This document shows positions 20,474 through 29,019 of a DNA stretch of 54,524 bases, piece after piece. The notes under the pieces were generated by a model. The model was not told where the DNA came from. It did no database searches and saw only the letters and a program-made list of their open reading frames with translations. The first letter of the stretch is position 1. Each line of letters begins with the position of its first letter. Where the stretch lies: IMG/VR virus record IMGVR_UViG_3300031951_000211, positions 1 through 54,524 of that record. One strand, 5' to 3'. The translations under genes were made by a program, and so were the position numbers. The DNA is from a virus (Duplodnaviria; Caudoviricetes).

Positions 20474-21424
20474 TTAAGCATCAACTTTATGTAAAATGCA
20501 AGGAATGATTTCGCCTGCTCTGATAACGGCAACTGTGTCACCAATTTGCAGGTCTAGCATTTCAATAAAGCCTGGGTTGTTTAGTGTGGCTCGTGATACT
20601 AGAGCATCGCCGATTAGCACAGGCTGTAGGATAGCAACTGGACTTACTTTACCACTCTTGCCGACCTGCCACTCAACACCAAGCAGTTGTGTTTCAACAT
20701 GGGCTGCACGTTCTTTTTTAGCGTAAGCACCACGAGGATGTTTGGCTGTGTAGCCCATTTCATAAAACTGAACATTATCATTAACACGGAACACAACACC
20801 GTCACAAGGAAAGATTTTGTCCAAGTCTGGTTCATTGATTACACCAAAGCCTGCGCTTTTAAGCAGTTCTAAATCTTGGTTAAAGGTGGGGGTTAGAATT
20901 GGCTGAACACCATAAGCAAAGAAGCTGAGTGCTCGTGACCGGAACTCCGCCACATCTTTTAGGTTTAGTGCACCAGCTGCGTAGTTACGAGCGTTTTCAA
21001 TGTTGATTGGAGCAACAATCTCACCAGTAATCTGGTAAATACCGCTAAACGGCACTGTTTGCGGAACAATCGGGTTGCCCAAGAACTTATCAGTTACAAT
21101 TTGACCTTCTACACCATCCCCACGGGTAAGAACTCGAACAAGATTACCGTCAACATAAAGTAAGCTGAGAGCTGCCCCATCCAGCTTAACACTTGTAGCA
21201 ATGCCTCGAATGCCTTGGAGAGGTTGGACTCCTTCATCTTCGTAATACTTTTGTAGTGAGTACATCTGATACAGATGTTTCTCGGTTTTGGAATTTTGCT
21301 TAGCACCCACAGCACCGTAACCCACTGAATCAGCAAGCGCATCAAACTGTGCGTCACTGATAAATGGGCTACCTGCGTAATACGCGGCTGAAGCTGAGTC
21401 GAGATATTGTGTGATTTTGTTCAT
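20474..21424 (-). CDS. NAD-dependent DNA ligase subunit A (adenylation + OB)
   Basis: KLDG, TRGDG, DGVV, WQVGKSG, RATLNN; split ligase as in T5. Confidence 0.93.
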   Translation of the reverse strand: MNKITQYLDSASAAYYAGSPFISDAQFDALADSVGYGAVGAKQNSKTEKHLYQMYSLQKYYEDEGVQPLQGIRGIATSVKLDGAALSLLYVDGNLVRVLTRGDGVEGQIVTDKFLGNPIVPQTVPFSGIYQITGEIVAPINIENARNYAAGALNLKDVAEFRSRALSFFAYGVQPILTPTFNQDLELLKSAGFGVINEPDLDKIFPCDGVVFRVNDNVQFYEMGYTAKHPRGAYAKKERAAHVETQLLGVEWQVGKSGKVSPVAILQPVLIGDALVSRATLNNPGFIEMLDLQIGDTVAVIRAGEIIPCILHKVDA

Positions 21425-21431
21425 AGCAACT

Positions 21432-21460
21432 ATTATAGCAGTTTAGGGTCATTGAATCAA
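21432..21460 (-). promoter_or_regulatory. Ligase promoter with the 13-mer motif in its spacer
   Basis: TTGATT-caatGACCCTAAACTGC-TATAAT. Confidence 0.75.
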
Positions 21461-21466
21461 GTGTAT

Positions 21467-21751
21467 TTATTCAATACCCTTGATCTTGTTGTAATAATGC
21501 TGTATAATTTCTTCACCTTCGGCCTGGGCACAAATATCCAGCATACCATCAATAATGGCTCTCATATTTTCCATAGATGCTGGAATTGAGACACCTTCGC
21601 GACTAGGGACCCACTCACCTTCGTAACTTAAAAAGTATTTACGTAGTTGAATGTACGTAGTTTCACGAAAGTCGTTTACCACTAATCGAACCTGAAAACC
21701 TTTGTCCATGTTTTCTTCGATTAGTTTTTCGTACTGAATATTAGTGTCCAT
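21467..21751 (-). CDS. PC4/p15-like ssDNA-binding protein
   Basis: VNDFRETTYIQLRKYF...GEWVPSREGVSIP. Confidence 0.8.
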   Translation of the reverse strand: MDTNIQYEKLIEENMDKGFQVRLVVNDFRETTYIQLRKYFLSYEGEWVPSREGVSIPASMENMRAIIDGMLDICAQAEGEEIIQHYYNKIKGIE

Positions 21752-21753
21752 AA

Positions 21754-21999
21754 TTATTCCAGGTTTGGCGCAGATATGATTTTCTGCAAGCTTTCGTGAT
21801 CTGCTGGCCATGCCCAGTGTGTAGCAGCCCAATCAGTAATACAATTATTTTCTGAGATTTGCGACTCTCGACCTACTGCACGCATGGTACTAGACCAATA
21901 GTCCCAGTAGGTGTCTAAGATAGCACGATCTGAGTAAATCTGGTATACTGCTTCGCTGGAAGTTTCTGAGGCTGGCTCACAGTAAATCCAGTATCTCAT
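21754..21999 (-). CDS. Hypothetical protein
   Basis: Trp-rich ORF in operon. Confidence 0.6.
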   Translation of the reverse strand: MRYWIYCEPASETSSEAVYQIYSDRAILDTYWDYWSSTMRAVGRESQISENNCITDWAATHWAWPADHESLQKIISAPNLE

Positions 22000-22000
22000 A

Positions 22001-22798
22001 TTATTTTGGCATCATTAGTGCGTTAAAGTTGCTCGGCACAACAATGGTTTGAACTTTACCGGCTTTAATACCTTCGGAAATATTCAACATAGCTTGTGCT
22101 TGCATAAAGGCAATTGAGCTACTACTATTATTGGCCAGGGCCGCCATACGACGTGCTTCTGCTTCAGCAGTTTTGACTTCAACTTCTTTTTGCTTTAGTT
22201 CATTCTTGCTACGAACCAAATCGTTGGCACTTGCAACCACACTGTCGGCTGGCACAACATTACGGATTAGAACCTGGGCGATACTGATGCTACCATCCAG
22301 CTTTTCTTCTGCAAGGTTACGAATGATTTCTTCTTTAATGAAGTTCTCCATTTCGCTACGATTGTCTGCCATATCAAGAGCTTCGTACTTACGCGCAGCT
22401 TTGTAGATAGCGTTACGTGCATTTTGAACAATGTAGTTGTACATCAAATAAACATCGCCCTTGAACTCTGCGTGAAAGGCACGATTCTTTTGACTGTAAA
22501 GCTCAGCTACTTGCTGACTGTTGATGTTGTAAACAACTACGGCATCAAAGTCCTTCATAGTTGAGTTATCTTTAGCCACAGGCGTCATGTCGTTTAGAGC
22601 AACATTAACGTCCTTGATCGGAAATGTAAGCACATTGCCAACCAAGGTTTGATTAAATGAACCTGGCAATAGTTCTCCTTGCTGAACTTGTTTGTCAAAT
22701 CCAACACGTACACCAACCTCACCAGTTTCGATACGGGTACATCCCGTAGCGGCAACAACAATAGCAGACAAGGCAAGAAGTTTAAAAGTATTTTTCAT
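22001..22798 (-). CDS. SPFH/band-7 (prohibitin-like) lipoprotein
   Basis: Lipobox ATGC, RIETGEVGV, coiled-coil C-terminus. Confidence 0.85.
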   Translation of the reverse strand: MKNTFKLLALSAIVVAATGCTRIETGEVGVRVGFDKQVQQGELLPGSFNQTLVGNVLTFPIKDVNVALNDMTPVAKDNSTMKDFDAVVVYNINSQQVAELYSQKNRAFHAEFKGDVYLMYNYIVQNARNAIYKAARKYEALDMADNRSEMENFIKEEIIRNLAEEKLDGSISIAQVLIRNVVPADSVVASANDLVRSKNELKQKEVEVKTAEAEARRMAALANNSSSSIAFMQAQAMLNISEGIKAGKVQTIVVPSNFNALMMPK

Positions 22799-22963
22799 TT
22801 AGAATAAAAGTGTGATAATAACAAGAATTAGTGCGGAAGCCAAGGCAGCAGCCACAATTTTAAACGCAAGTTTGTACTCGCGCAGGGTAAAAGTACTAAC
22901 ACTATGATATGCAAAAGCTACCAATAGTGTAACTAGTACAAATGATACTAGTATTTGAATCAT
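22799..22963 (-). CDS. Small two-TM membrane protein
   Basis: MIQILVSFVLVTLLVAFAY...LILVIITLLF, 54 aa, upstream of SPFH. Confidence 0.6.
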   Translation of the reverse strand: MIQILVSFVLVTLLVAFAYHSVSTFTLREYKLAFKIVAAALASALILVIITLLF

Positions 22964-23589
22964 ATACGAACTCCTAGATCGCGTAAGTGTTGTAAACTGG
23001 CGAGTTCACTAGCGGGCTGATAAGCACTTTGCAACCACTTATCGCTTAGTAGATATATAGCATAAACCCAACCATGTACTGGATGGTTTTCACGCTCAGC
23101 ATCAATCCTAGCAGTAGAGTCGTAGCGAGAACTATAAACAACTTCACCGACTTTGAATCGATCACGTACTGCACCATCTGGAATAAGCTGTGGGTTAAAG
23201 TAGCTGTGGCCAGGTACACGCATAGGGACTGCGTGTGTTTCTAGCAAGTTTTTAATAAATGTAGGTGAACGATAAGTCATTTTTGAAATACCATCCACTG
23301 TTTCACCGTTTAAGTACTCAGTGATAATGTACACAATATCTTCGTGGCTAGCAGGTTTGCCACGCAGTTCAGCACGACGTTTGGCACTACGAGCCTGAGC
23401 TTTTTTAAATTCCTCAATGATCGTACCAAGTCGTGTGGTGTTATAACTCATGCCTAGAATCTGACAGGCATCTTTTTTAGTAATAGGCTTGACGCCTTCG
23501 TCTTGAGGCTCAAGCAAACGAATAACCCGACTAATGTTAGCAGGAGTCATTAGTTCTTCTTCACTAGCGGATTTCTTTCGTGTTGCCAT
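22960..23589 (-). CDS. T5 D2-like DNA-binding protein
   Basis: TKKDACQILG, EYLNGE...YRS, IPDGAV..RFKVGE resemble T5 D2 (from memory). Confidence 0.8.
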   Translation of the reverse strand: MATRKKSASEEELMTPANISRVIRLLEPQDEGVKPITKKDACQILGMSYNTTRLGTIIEEFKKAQARSAKRRAELRGKPASHEDIVYIITEYLNGETVDGISKMTYRSPTFIKNLLETHAVPMRVPGHSYFNPQLIPDGAVRDRFKVGEVVYSSRYDSTARIDAERENHPVHGWVYAIYLLSDKWLQSAYQPASELASLQHLRDLGVRI

Positions 23590-23789
23590 TATTTTGCCTT
23601 TACGCCGTATTTTTCTTGGTGATTGGATTTTTGTTTAGCAGTATACACAGCAATGGCTGTGCGTACTTCTTGTAACAGTGCCTCGTCGTCCCAAGACAAC
23701 TCGGTTTTACCGTTTTCATAGGTAGTAACTGTTAAGTGTTTGCCCTTAACTACTTTTGGCCACACTTGTTTTGTTTTCTTAGTTGCCAT
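23589..23789 (-). CDS. Hypothetical protein
   Basis: ORF in operon. Confidence 0.55.
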   Translation of the reverse strand: MATKKTKQVWPKVVKGKHLTVTTYENGKTELSWDDEALLQEVRTAIAVYTAKQKSNHQEKYGVKAK

Positions 23790-23820
23790 AATAACAAAGG
23801 CGGCACTAGGCCGCCTGGGA

Positions 23821-24189
23821 TTAACCTTTGATAACGCCCAAGAAGTAAACAGCGGCTTTGCCAGTTAGTTTACTCAAGATATCAGCGTCAACTGTTTTAC
23901 CGGCTTCTTCAATAGCAGCAGTTAGTTCTGCAATAGCCGACTCTTTTGATACGCGAGCAGGCTTGTCACCAGTGCTTGCAGTTTTGGTTTTGCCTGCAGG
24001 AGCAGCACCTGGGTCTTTTTTCACATACACACCAGCTTGCACTAGTACCATACGCACGCCGTTAGGCGACATTTCGATTTCTTCGGCAATGTCTTTGATA
24101 ATTTCAGTGGAATTTTCAGGAGTTGGGCCAGCACCTTCGTACTTGGCAATAACTTCTTGTTTCAATTCATCAGTCCATGTAGCAGCCAT
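23821..24189 (-). CDS. T5 D3-like DNA-binding protein
   Basis: WTDEL, SPNGVRMVLVQAGVYVKK, KLTGKAA. Confidence 0.85.
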   Translation of the reverse strand: MAATWTDELKQEVIAKYEGAGPTPENSTEIIKDIAEEIEMSPNGVRMVLVQAGVYVKKDPGAAPAGKTKTASTGDKPARVSKESAIAELTAAIEEAGKTVDADILSKLTGKAAVYFLGVIKG

Positions 24190-24210
24190 TTTGTTTTCTT
24201 TCAGTTTTGT

Positions 24211-24483
24211 TTAAATGTGGTTTGTAGTTACGTCGGTCATTTTTTCTGGAAGGAATCGACGATAGTTATGCTTTAAGTCATACTTTTGCATAATACTAAT
24301 TTTAGCATTATACTGTTCAGCAAGCAAGTCACGATATTCACTGGTGAACTCAGCGAACACATCTTCTGGCATATCAGAAATGTCAATGCCTTCAAAGTGC
24401 TTGCAGGGTTGCAGTACTTCGATTACAGCACGCTCGCTGGTTGTGCCGTCTGCTTTTGTGTATTTGAATTCTACGAGTTTCAT
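24211..24483 (-). CDS. Hypothetical (WYL/SH3-like) protein
   Basis: FKYTKADGTTSER...YRRF. Confidence 0.55.
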   Translation of the reverse strand: MKLVEFKYTKADGTTSERAVIEVLQPCKHFEGIDISDMPEDVFAEFTSEYRDLLAEQYNAKISIMQKYDLKHNYRRFLPEKMTDVTTNHI

Positions 24484-24555
24484 ATGGTTTGCCTTTTGTA
24501 TCAATCTAAGCCTATATTATACAGGGATTGACTGTATGCTTCAAGTTAGAAATTT

Positions 24556-24816
24556 TTAATCTTGTTTGAAGATTTCACGGTGTAGGCCAGCTTGAAATCG
24601 CTCGGCCATTGTTTCACTTAGCATTGGCGGCACAAGCAGTGGAGCAACTACTGTGCTTATTAGTATGTACACTACTGAGCTAATTTTGGGATATTCTGTA
24701 AAGCTGTTTTGAACGCCAGCAGCACGAGCCTGCTGCACCATTGGCCAAAACCATAAATAACACGCGGCAATTGCAGTACTAAGTGCAAAAAGCAAATAGT
24801 ATCCAATCAATTCCAT
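24556..24816 (-). CDS. Membrane protein
   Basis: Two hydrophobic segments. Confidence 0.6.
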   Translation of the reverse strand: MELIGYYLLFALSTAIAACYLWFWPMVQQARAAGVQNSFTEYPKISSVVYILISTVVAPLLVPPMLSETMAERFQAGLHREIFKQD

Positions 24817-25193
24817 GTGTTAGCCTTACGCATAAAAGCACGAGCGCCTAGTGAAAAGTCTACTTTGCCTACTGGCAAGTTAACAAATTGCTTGGTACTT
24901 GGTGCACTTAGTGCCGCTTGCTGCACTTTAGGGTTGCTTGAAAACAATTCTTTTGGAGCACTGCCGCGAAAATACTTAAATAGTTTGGCTAGGCGAATAT
25001 TGCCGTGTGACCACTGTGGTGTGTTTGGCTTTTTACGAGCCTGACCTGTTTCTAACACAGCGTTTTGCAGCTGTTTGTTGTTGGGTTGCTGCTTTAGCAG
25101 TTTTAATAGTCTGCGTTTGCGATTAGCTTGAGTACGGGCTACTCCTGCTGGTGTGCTTGTGGTGGCTGCTGGTTTTTGTGATTTTGTTGCCAT
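24807..25193 (-). CDS. Basic hypothetical protein
   Basis: NRKRRLLKLLKQQPNN. Confidence 0.65.
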   Translation of the reverse strand: MATKSQKPAATTSTPAGVARTQANRKRRLLKLLKQQPNNKQLQNAVLETGQARKKPNTPQWSHGNIRLAKLFKYFRGSAPKELFSSNPKVQQAALSAPSTKQFVNLPVGKVDFSLGARAFMRKANTWN

Positions 25194-25495
25194 TACATTA
25201 GCTTTCGTATTTTAAATTGGGTTGCGTCGCCGTTAAGCGGCACAAGTTCTACTGCACGGGCTTGTGCTAAAAACTCCAGTGTTTGAAAAGCTTCACCGTA
25301 AGTTTGAATCATTTCTCCGTGCATATTTACTGTGTTGGTTACTTGTTCTAGTAAGCCTAGTGTAACCGGCTGAAATTCATCAGTAAATATCTCGTTCAGC
25401 AATTTCGTGAACGGATTCGGGGTCGTGTCGGACTCGGTCATTTTCCACATAAGCTTCTGAGGTACTTTCTGCATACATTTCAAGTTGTCGGGCAA
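25193..25495 (-). CDS. Hypothetical protein (true start probably internal)
   Basis: ORF partly overlapped by the upstream gene. Confidence 0.45.
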   Translation of the reverse strand: MPDNLKCMQKVPQKLMWKMTESDTTPNPFTKLLNEIFTDEFQPVTLGLLEQVTNTVNMHGEMIQTYGEAFQTLEFLAQARAVELVPLNGDATQFKIRKLM

Positions 25496-25742
25496 GGGTC
25501 AAGGTATCACTAATACGTGCAACTTCTGAAAGTGCTGCAATTAGGTCTGGAATATTGTTAACTGAAATGGGCATAAAACGACCACAACCATCTGTGATGG
25601 CTACTTCTTCAACACCGCCTGGGTTAGTGCCAAATTCTAGGTAGTTGTAGTAAAAGTTGCCGTTTACATCAGGGCCAAAAAGACCATCATCACCAAAGGT
25701 GTCAACGTCGTTGGCGGGAACTTGTGCGAAATTAATTTTCAT
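25380..25742 (-). CDS. Hypothetical protein
   Basis: ORF after promoter at 25778-25806. Confidence 0.7.
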   Translation of the reverse strand: MKINFAQVPANDVDTFGDDGLFGPDVNGNFYYNYLEFGTNPGGVEEVAITDGCGRFMPISVNNIPDLIAALSEVARISDTLTLARQLEMYAESTSEAYVENDRVRHDPESVHEIAERDIY

Positions 25743-25824
25743 GTGATTTTCTAGTAGAGTTGCGTTGTTAAAAAATAATTATATCAAAAAGTATTCGAGA
25801 TTTCAAGTGAATATTTCCACAAAC

Positions 25825-25849
25825 AAAAAACCCACCTTGACGGTGGGTT
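25825..25849 (-). terminator. Terminator ending the tRNA transcript
   Basis: AACCCACC-GGTGGGTT hairpin plus T-tract. Confidence 0.8.
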
Positions 25850-25854
25850 AAGTG

Positions 25855-25931
25855 TGGTACGCCGAACAGGACTTGAACCTGTGACCAACCGATTATGAGT
25901 CGGCTGCTCTGACCAACTGAGCTATCAGCGC
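25855..25931 (-). tRNA. tRNA-Ile2/Met (CAT)
   Basis: Cloverleaf with CCA; GAGCAGCCGACTCATAATCGG resembles lysidine tRNA-Ile2. Confidence 0.9.
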
Positions 25932-26080
25932 AAACTATCCATTATTTGCTGTCTTTGCTCTGGAGTGTAGTATTGCCACTCCACTATTTGTTTTAGTGTT
26001 CTGCCACAAGCTACACACTGTTGCAGTTTAGGGTCAAGATTGCACCTTTGGACGCAAGGACTTTCAATCTTCGAACTCAA
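25925..26080 (-). CDS. DUF1289-like small Cys protein
   Basis: SPCVQRCNLD...CVACGRTLKQIVEW; TTG start; not in ORF track. Confidence 0.75.
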   Translation of the reverse strand: MSSKIESPCVQRCNLDPKLQQCVACGRTLKQIVEWQYYTPEQRQQIMDSLR

Positions 26081-26198
26081 CGTAGTCTTCCTTGCCTACG
26101 CCGCACTCAGGGCACTCAAAGTCGTCAGGCAGATCTTCCCAACGACCTTCTAGTTCTTCATTGTGAACATGGTCACATACTACGCAAATATGTGTCAT
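26064..26198 (-). CDS. Rubredoxin
   Basis: MTHICVVCDHVH...WEDLPDDFECPECGVGKEDY, 44 aa. Confidence 0.9.
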   Translation of the reverse strand: MTHICVVCDHVHNEELEGRWEDLPDDFECPECGVGKEDYVEFED

Positions 26199-26647
26199 TT
26201 TACTGTCTCCCAAACTTGTTGATATGCCTCTGCATGACGTTGCTCTACGCGCTTTAGTGCAGCAAAACGTTTTTCGGCTTTTCTGAGCACTGCCAAAAAT
26301 TGTTCCGCGTGTTCACGAGATTCAGCGGCTTGAGCATTTGCTTCTTTGGCAGCTTCGTAATTACCTTCACGAATTGCTCGGGCTTCAAACGTAGGATACA
26401 TTTCTGTGTACTCATAGGTTTCGCCTTCGATTGCTTTTTCTAAGCAAACTTTGGTTGAGGGTCTACCGATAAGCAGCTCTAGGTGGCCCCAAGCGTGTTT
26501 TAGTTCTTGCGCTGCAGTGTGCTCAAAGTGTTTTGCAACATCTTCAAAGCCGTCTTCTCTGGCGATACGTGCAAAGTATAAATACTTTACGTGTGCCATT
26601 GATTCACCGGCTAGTGCACTTTCTAAGTTTTGTAATGTTACTGACAT
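26195..26647 (-). CDS. Rubrerythrin (short form)
   Basis: ALAGESMA..KY..FA, ELKHA, GETYEYTEMYP, ESREHA. Confidence 0.9.
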   Translation of the reverse strand: MSVTLQNLESALAGESMAHVKYLYFARIAREDGFEDVAKHFEHTAAQELKHAWGHLELLIGRPSTKVCLEKAIEGETYEYTEMYPTFEARAIREGNYEAAKEANAQAAESREHAEQFLAVLRKAEKRFAALKRVEQRHAEAYQQVWETVK

Positions 26648-26670
26648 TGGTTTCTAACTTTCAGTGTTGT

Positions 26671-26745
26671 TGGTACCTTGTGACGGGATCGAACCGCCGA
26701 CCTACTCCGTGTAAAGGAGGCACTCTACCGCTGAGTTAACAAGGC
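26671..26745 (-). tRNA. tRNA-Val (TAC)
   Basis: Cloverleaf, CCA. Confidence 0.95.
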
Positions 26746-26746
26746 A

Positions 26747-27052
26747 TTATAATGGTGATATTTTTCTTAGTGTGCTGATTTTATGACCCACAATAGTATC
26801 TGTGGCTTCGTACTTGCCGTCTGAGTTAGGCCTGTATACTCGAATTAGTGCACCTGGGTCTTCTGGTGTGCCAGTAATAGTAAAACTACTACCAGGAACG
26901 GCTTCGCTACCTGAAGTAATGACTTTAGTTACTTTTCCACGAGCAGTACCTCCGCTACTGTTCCAGCTAACGCTGTCACCACGTTTAATACTCTTTGCTT
27001 CCTTGATAAGAGCATCAAGGGCTTGAATATAGTGTTGTGTTTGATTTGTCAT
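26747..27052 (-). CDS. Hva1/DUF2945-type TUDOR-like protein
   Basis: GDSVSWNSSGGTARGKV...VGHKISTLRKI. Confidence 0.65.
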   Translation of the reverse strand: MTNQTQHYIQALDALIKEAKSIKRGDSVSWNSSGGTARGKVTKVITSGSEAVPGSSFTITGTPEDPGALIRVYRPNSDGKYEATDTIVGHKISTLRKISPL

Positions 27053-27066
27053 AGACAACCTTTATT

Positions 27067-27140
27067 TGGAGCGGGGTACGAGGATCGAACTCGTCTCAGA
27101 AGCTTGGAAGGCTACGGCACAGCCACTATACCAACCCCGC
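27067..27140 (-). tRNA. tRNA-Gly (TCC)
   Basis: Cloverleaf, CCA. Confidence 0.92.
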
Positions 27141-27143
27141 GGT

Positions 27144-27353
27144 TTAACTTAACATTTGTGGCACATATCCAGTATCTGGGCCACTAGCACCTGGCTTGCC
27201 TACCATGTTGGCATAATCTGAAACCATGGTAACATAAAGCATTCCGCTTTTGCGTAAAAACTCGCAACATTCCAGTGCATTAGACAAAACACTTATGTCT
27301 TGCCAACCAGCAATGTGCGGCAGTTTAGGGTCGGTGTAATAAACTCGGTACAT
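27144..27353 (-). CDS. Hypothetical protein
   Basis: MYRVYYTDPKL... between tRNAs; the longer ORF-track start overlaps tRNA-Gly. Confidence 0.6.
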   Translation of the reverse strand: MYRVYYTDPKLPHIAGWQDISVLSNALECCEFLRKSGMLYVTMVSDYANMVGKPGASGPDTGYVPQMLS

Positions 27354-27364
27354 AGTGTTTTGTG

Positions 27365-27439
27365 TGGAGCAGGATAGGAGGGTCGAACTCCTGACATTCT
27401 CGTTGGCAACGAGACATTCTACCACTGAATTAATCCTGC
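27365..27439 (-). tRNA. tRNA-Gly (GCC)
   Basis: Cloverleaf, CCA. Confidence 0.95.
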
Positions 27440-27440
27440 A

Positions 27441-27749
27441 TTAAAAAGGAACATCGTCATCTTGAATACTGCGAATCATTTCACGTTCGCGTTTAACCAA
27501 GTCGTCTTCAAACCAAGGTTTTATTTCTTCTTCGTAATGAACTTGCCACTTGGCAAAACTAGCTTGCTCTTGTATTAGCTCAACCACTTCAGGTTGAAAC
27601 TTAACAAATCCGGACTTTTCAGCCCAGATTAAGTATTCGTAGTGATCTTGTGCAACATCACATATTCTGCATCCAGCTAATTTACCAAATGTAATTGTGT
27701 CTGTTAAACCCAGTTTGGGGTTTTTTAGTTTTGAGAATCCAATAGCCAC
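27441..27749 (-). CDS. ExoX C-terminal-like domain protein with DDDVPF tail
   Basis: ITFGKLAG..I.DV...YEYLIW; GTG start with GGAGG. Confidence 0.6.
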   Translation of the reverse strand: MAIGFSKLKNPKLGLTDTITFGKLAGCRICDVAQDHYEYLIWAEKSGFVKFQPEVVELIQEQASFAKWQVHYEEEIKPWFEDDLVKREREMIRSIQDDDVPF

Positions 27750-27907
27750 TACCAGTGCCTCCATACGCCTGCAACAATAAAGCAATTTGTGCCTATATAG
27801 CAAAGTACAATTAAGGTGCGTATAATGGCTACTGCATCGGCTTCTGCATCAGTTTTTCCGGCTTTGGCGCCGAGGGCGTTTGCCCATAGTCTCCAAAGTT
27901 TTTTCAT
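27749..27907 (-). CDS. Small membrane protein
   Basis: MKKLWRLWANALGAKAG...EADAVAIIRT...VAGVWRHW, 52 aa. Confidence 0.7.
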   Translation of the reverse strand: MKKLWRLWANALGAKAGKTDAEADAVAIIRTLIVLCYIGTNCFIVAGVWRHW

Positions 27908-27913
27908 AGTATC

Positions 27914-28005
27914 TGGCGGGTGGCAGAGGAGTCGAACCCCATCCCATTTCTGAGAACCTGGTTTTCAAGGCCAGTCGCAGGACCAACCCCGCTGCATTAC
28001 CACCC
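27914..28005 (-). tRNA. tRNA-Ser (TGA), 8/4 fold
   Basis: 8-bp acceptor GGGTGGTA/TGCCACCC, 4-bp T stem, long variable arm, G73, CCA. Confidence 0.88.
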
Positions 28006-28010
28006 ACTGG

Positions 28011-28610
28011 TTATTCTGTTGTTTGTGTTGCTTCAGCCGCTTTTGTTCTGGCTTCCTGCAATTTTTCTAGCCGTGTCATAACTTCGTTGGAAGTCATCCA
28101 AATGTCTTTGTTGTTTAGCATTGAGTGGATTTCTTCACCAGTCAAAAAGTCTTTGTACACAGCTGTCATAAAGTTTTCCGACCACTTGCGCTCAAATTGC
28201 AGTTGATCGTACATTTCGCCACCTTTGCCAAATGTACCGGCTGAATAGTTGTGAAACATAAACAGCGAGTGTGGCGTGATTTCGTGGTTATGGCCGTGTA
28301 GAAAGATCATGGTTGCTGCACTCATGCAAGCGCCTTCTACTGAAGTAATAATGGTAGCTTCAGTGTCTGACATTACTCGCAAAAATTGTAGTGTGGTGTA
28401 CAAATCACCACCAGGCGAGTTTATGTAAATACGAATTGTATCTACTGCCGATGCGTTGCGGATTATGTCAAACCATTCAACGTATTCTTCTGCGTCCAAA
28501 ACAGGGCCGCTTAGGTAAAACTCATGAAGTTGTGCAACTGGCTTTGAAAAGTTGTTAACATACTTTTCCGGCTGAAACAGTTTAGGGTCGAAGTTATTTG
28601 TTTTCTTCAT
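28011..28610 (-). CDS. ClpP-like serine protease
   Basis: IYINSPGG, GACMSAATMIF, FMFHNYS. Confidence 0.88.
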   Translation of the reverse strand: MKKTNNFDPKLFQPEKYVNNFSKPVAQLHEFYLSGPVLDAEEYVEWFDIIRNASAVDTIRIYINSPGGDLYTTLQFLRVMSDTEATIITSVEGACMSAATMIFLHGHNHEITPHSLFMFHNYSAGTFGKGGEMYDQLQFERKWSENFMTAVYKDFLTGEEIHSMLNNKDIWMTSNEVMTRLEKLQEARTKAAEATQTTE

Positions 28611-28627
28611 GTGTTCCTTTAATATAG

Positions 28628-28707
28628 TTTAATACTCTAGTTAGGATTCAAACCCAGTTCTAGTCTTGTCGATCTGCGCTTCTCACAGTGCTGACCAGAG
28701 TATTAAA
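28628..28707 (-). ncRNA. tRNA-like small RNA with 14-bp closing stem, no CCA
   Basis: TTTAATACTCTGGT/ACTAGAGTATTAAA stem enclosing a T arm (TGGG-TTTGAAT-CCTA). Confidence 0.6.
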
Positions 28708-28711
28708 GTAT

Positions 28712-28900
28712 AGTGCCAGTATTCTGTTACGAGGAACTGGCAGAACCCTAAGCGGCAATTAAGCTGCTAATGCGTAAACTTGATCGTTTGCGTTTATTTT
28801 TGTTTTGCTGCTGCGGCCAGGAATCCCCAACCCTACGGCTTTCACATTGCCGAGTTGTCTGCTATTTTACTCTTTGCCCTGTCGAAACCATGACTGGCCC
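28712..28900 (-). ncRNA. ssrA: tmRNA coding piece (permuted two-piece tmRNA)
   Basis: 5' GGGCCAG-TCATGGTTTCGAC; tag frame 28791-28759 = ANDQVYALAA*; 3' end approximate. Confidence 0.93.
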
Positions 28901-29019
28901 ATTAGGAAACTCTCTGAGGTACTTGAAACCACGGTAACCCATCTTCCTGGCTGGTCCTTGCTCTGTCTAGAATTCGCAAGTATTTCAGTTGTTCCAGTGT
29001 AGTTACTCAGAAAGTTTTC

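Noticed and set aside
19635-21424. Split ligase as a frameshift or pseudogene
   Set aside because: A two-subunit NAD ligase is normal in T5-like phages; subunit B has its own promoter.
1280-24214. Many antisense or alternate-frame ORFs within core genes
   Set aside because: Shadows of well-supported genes.
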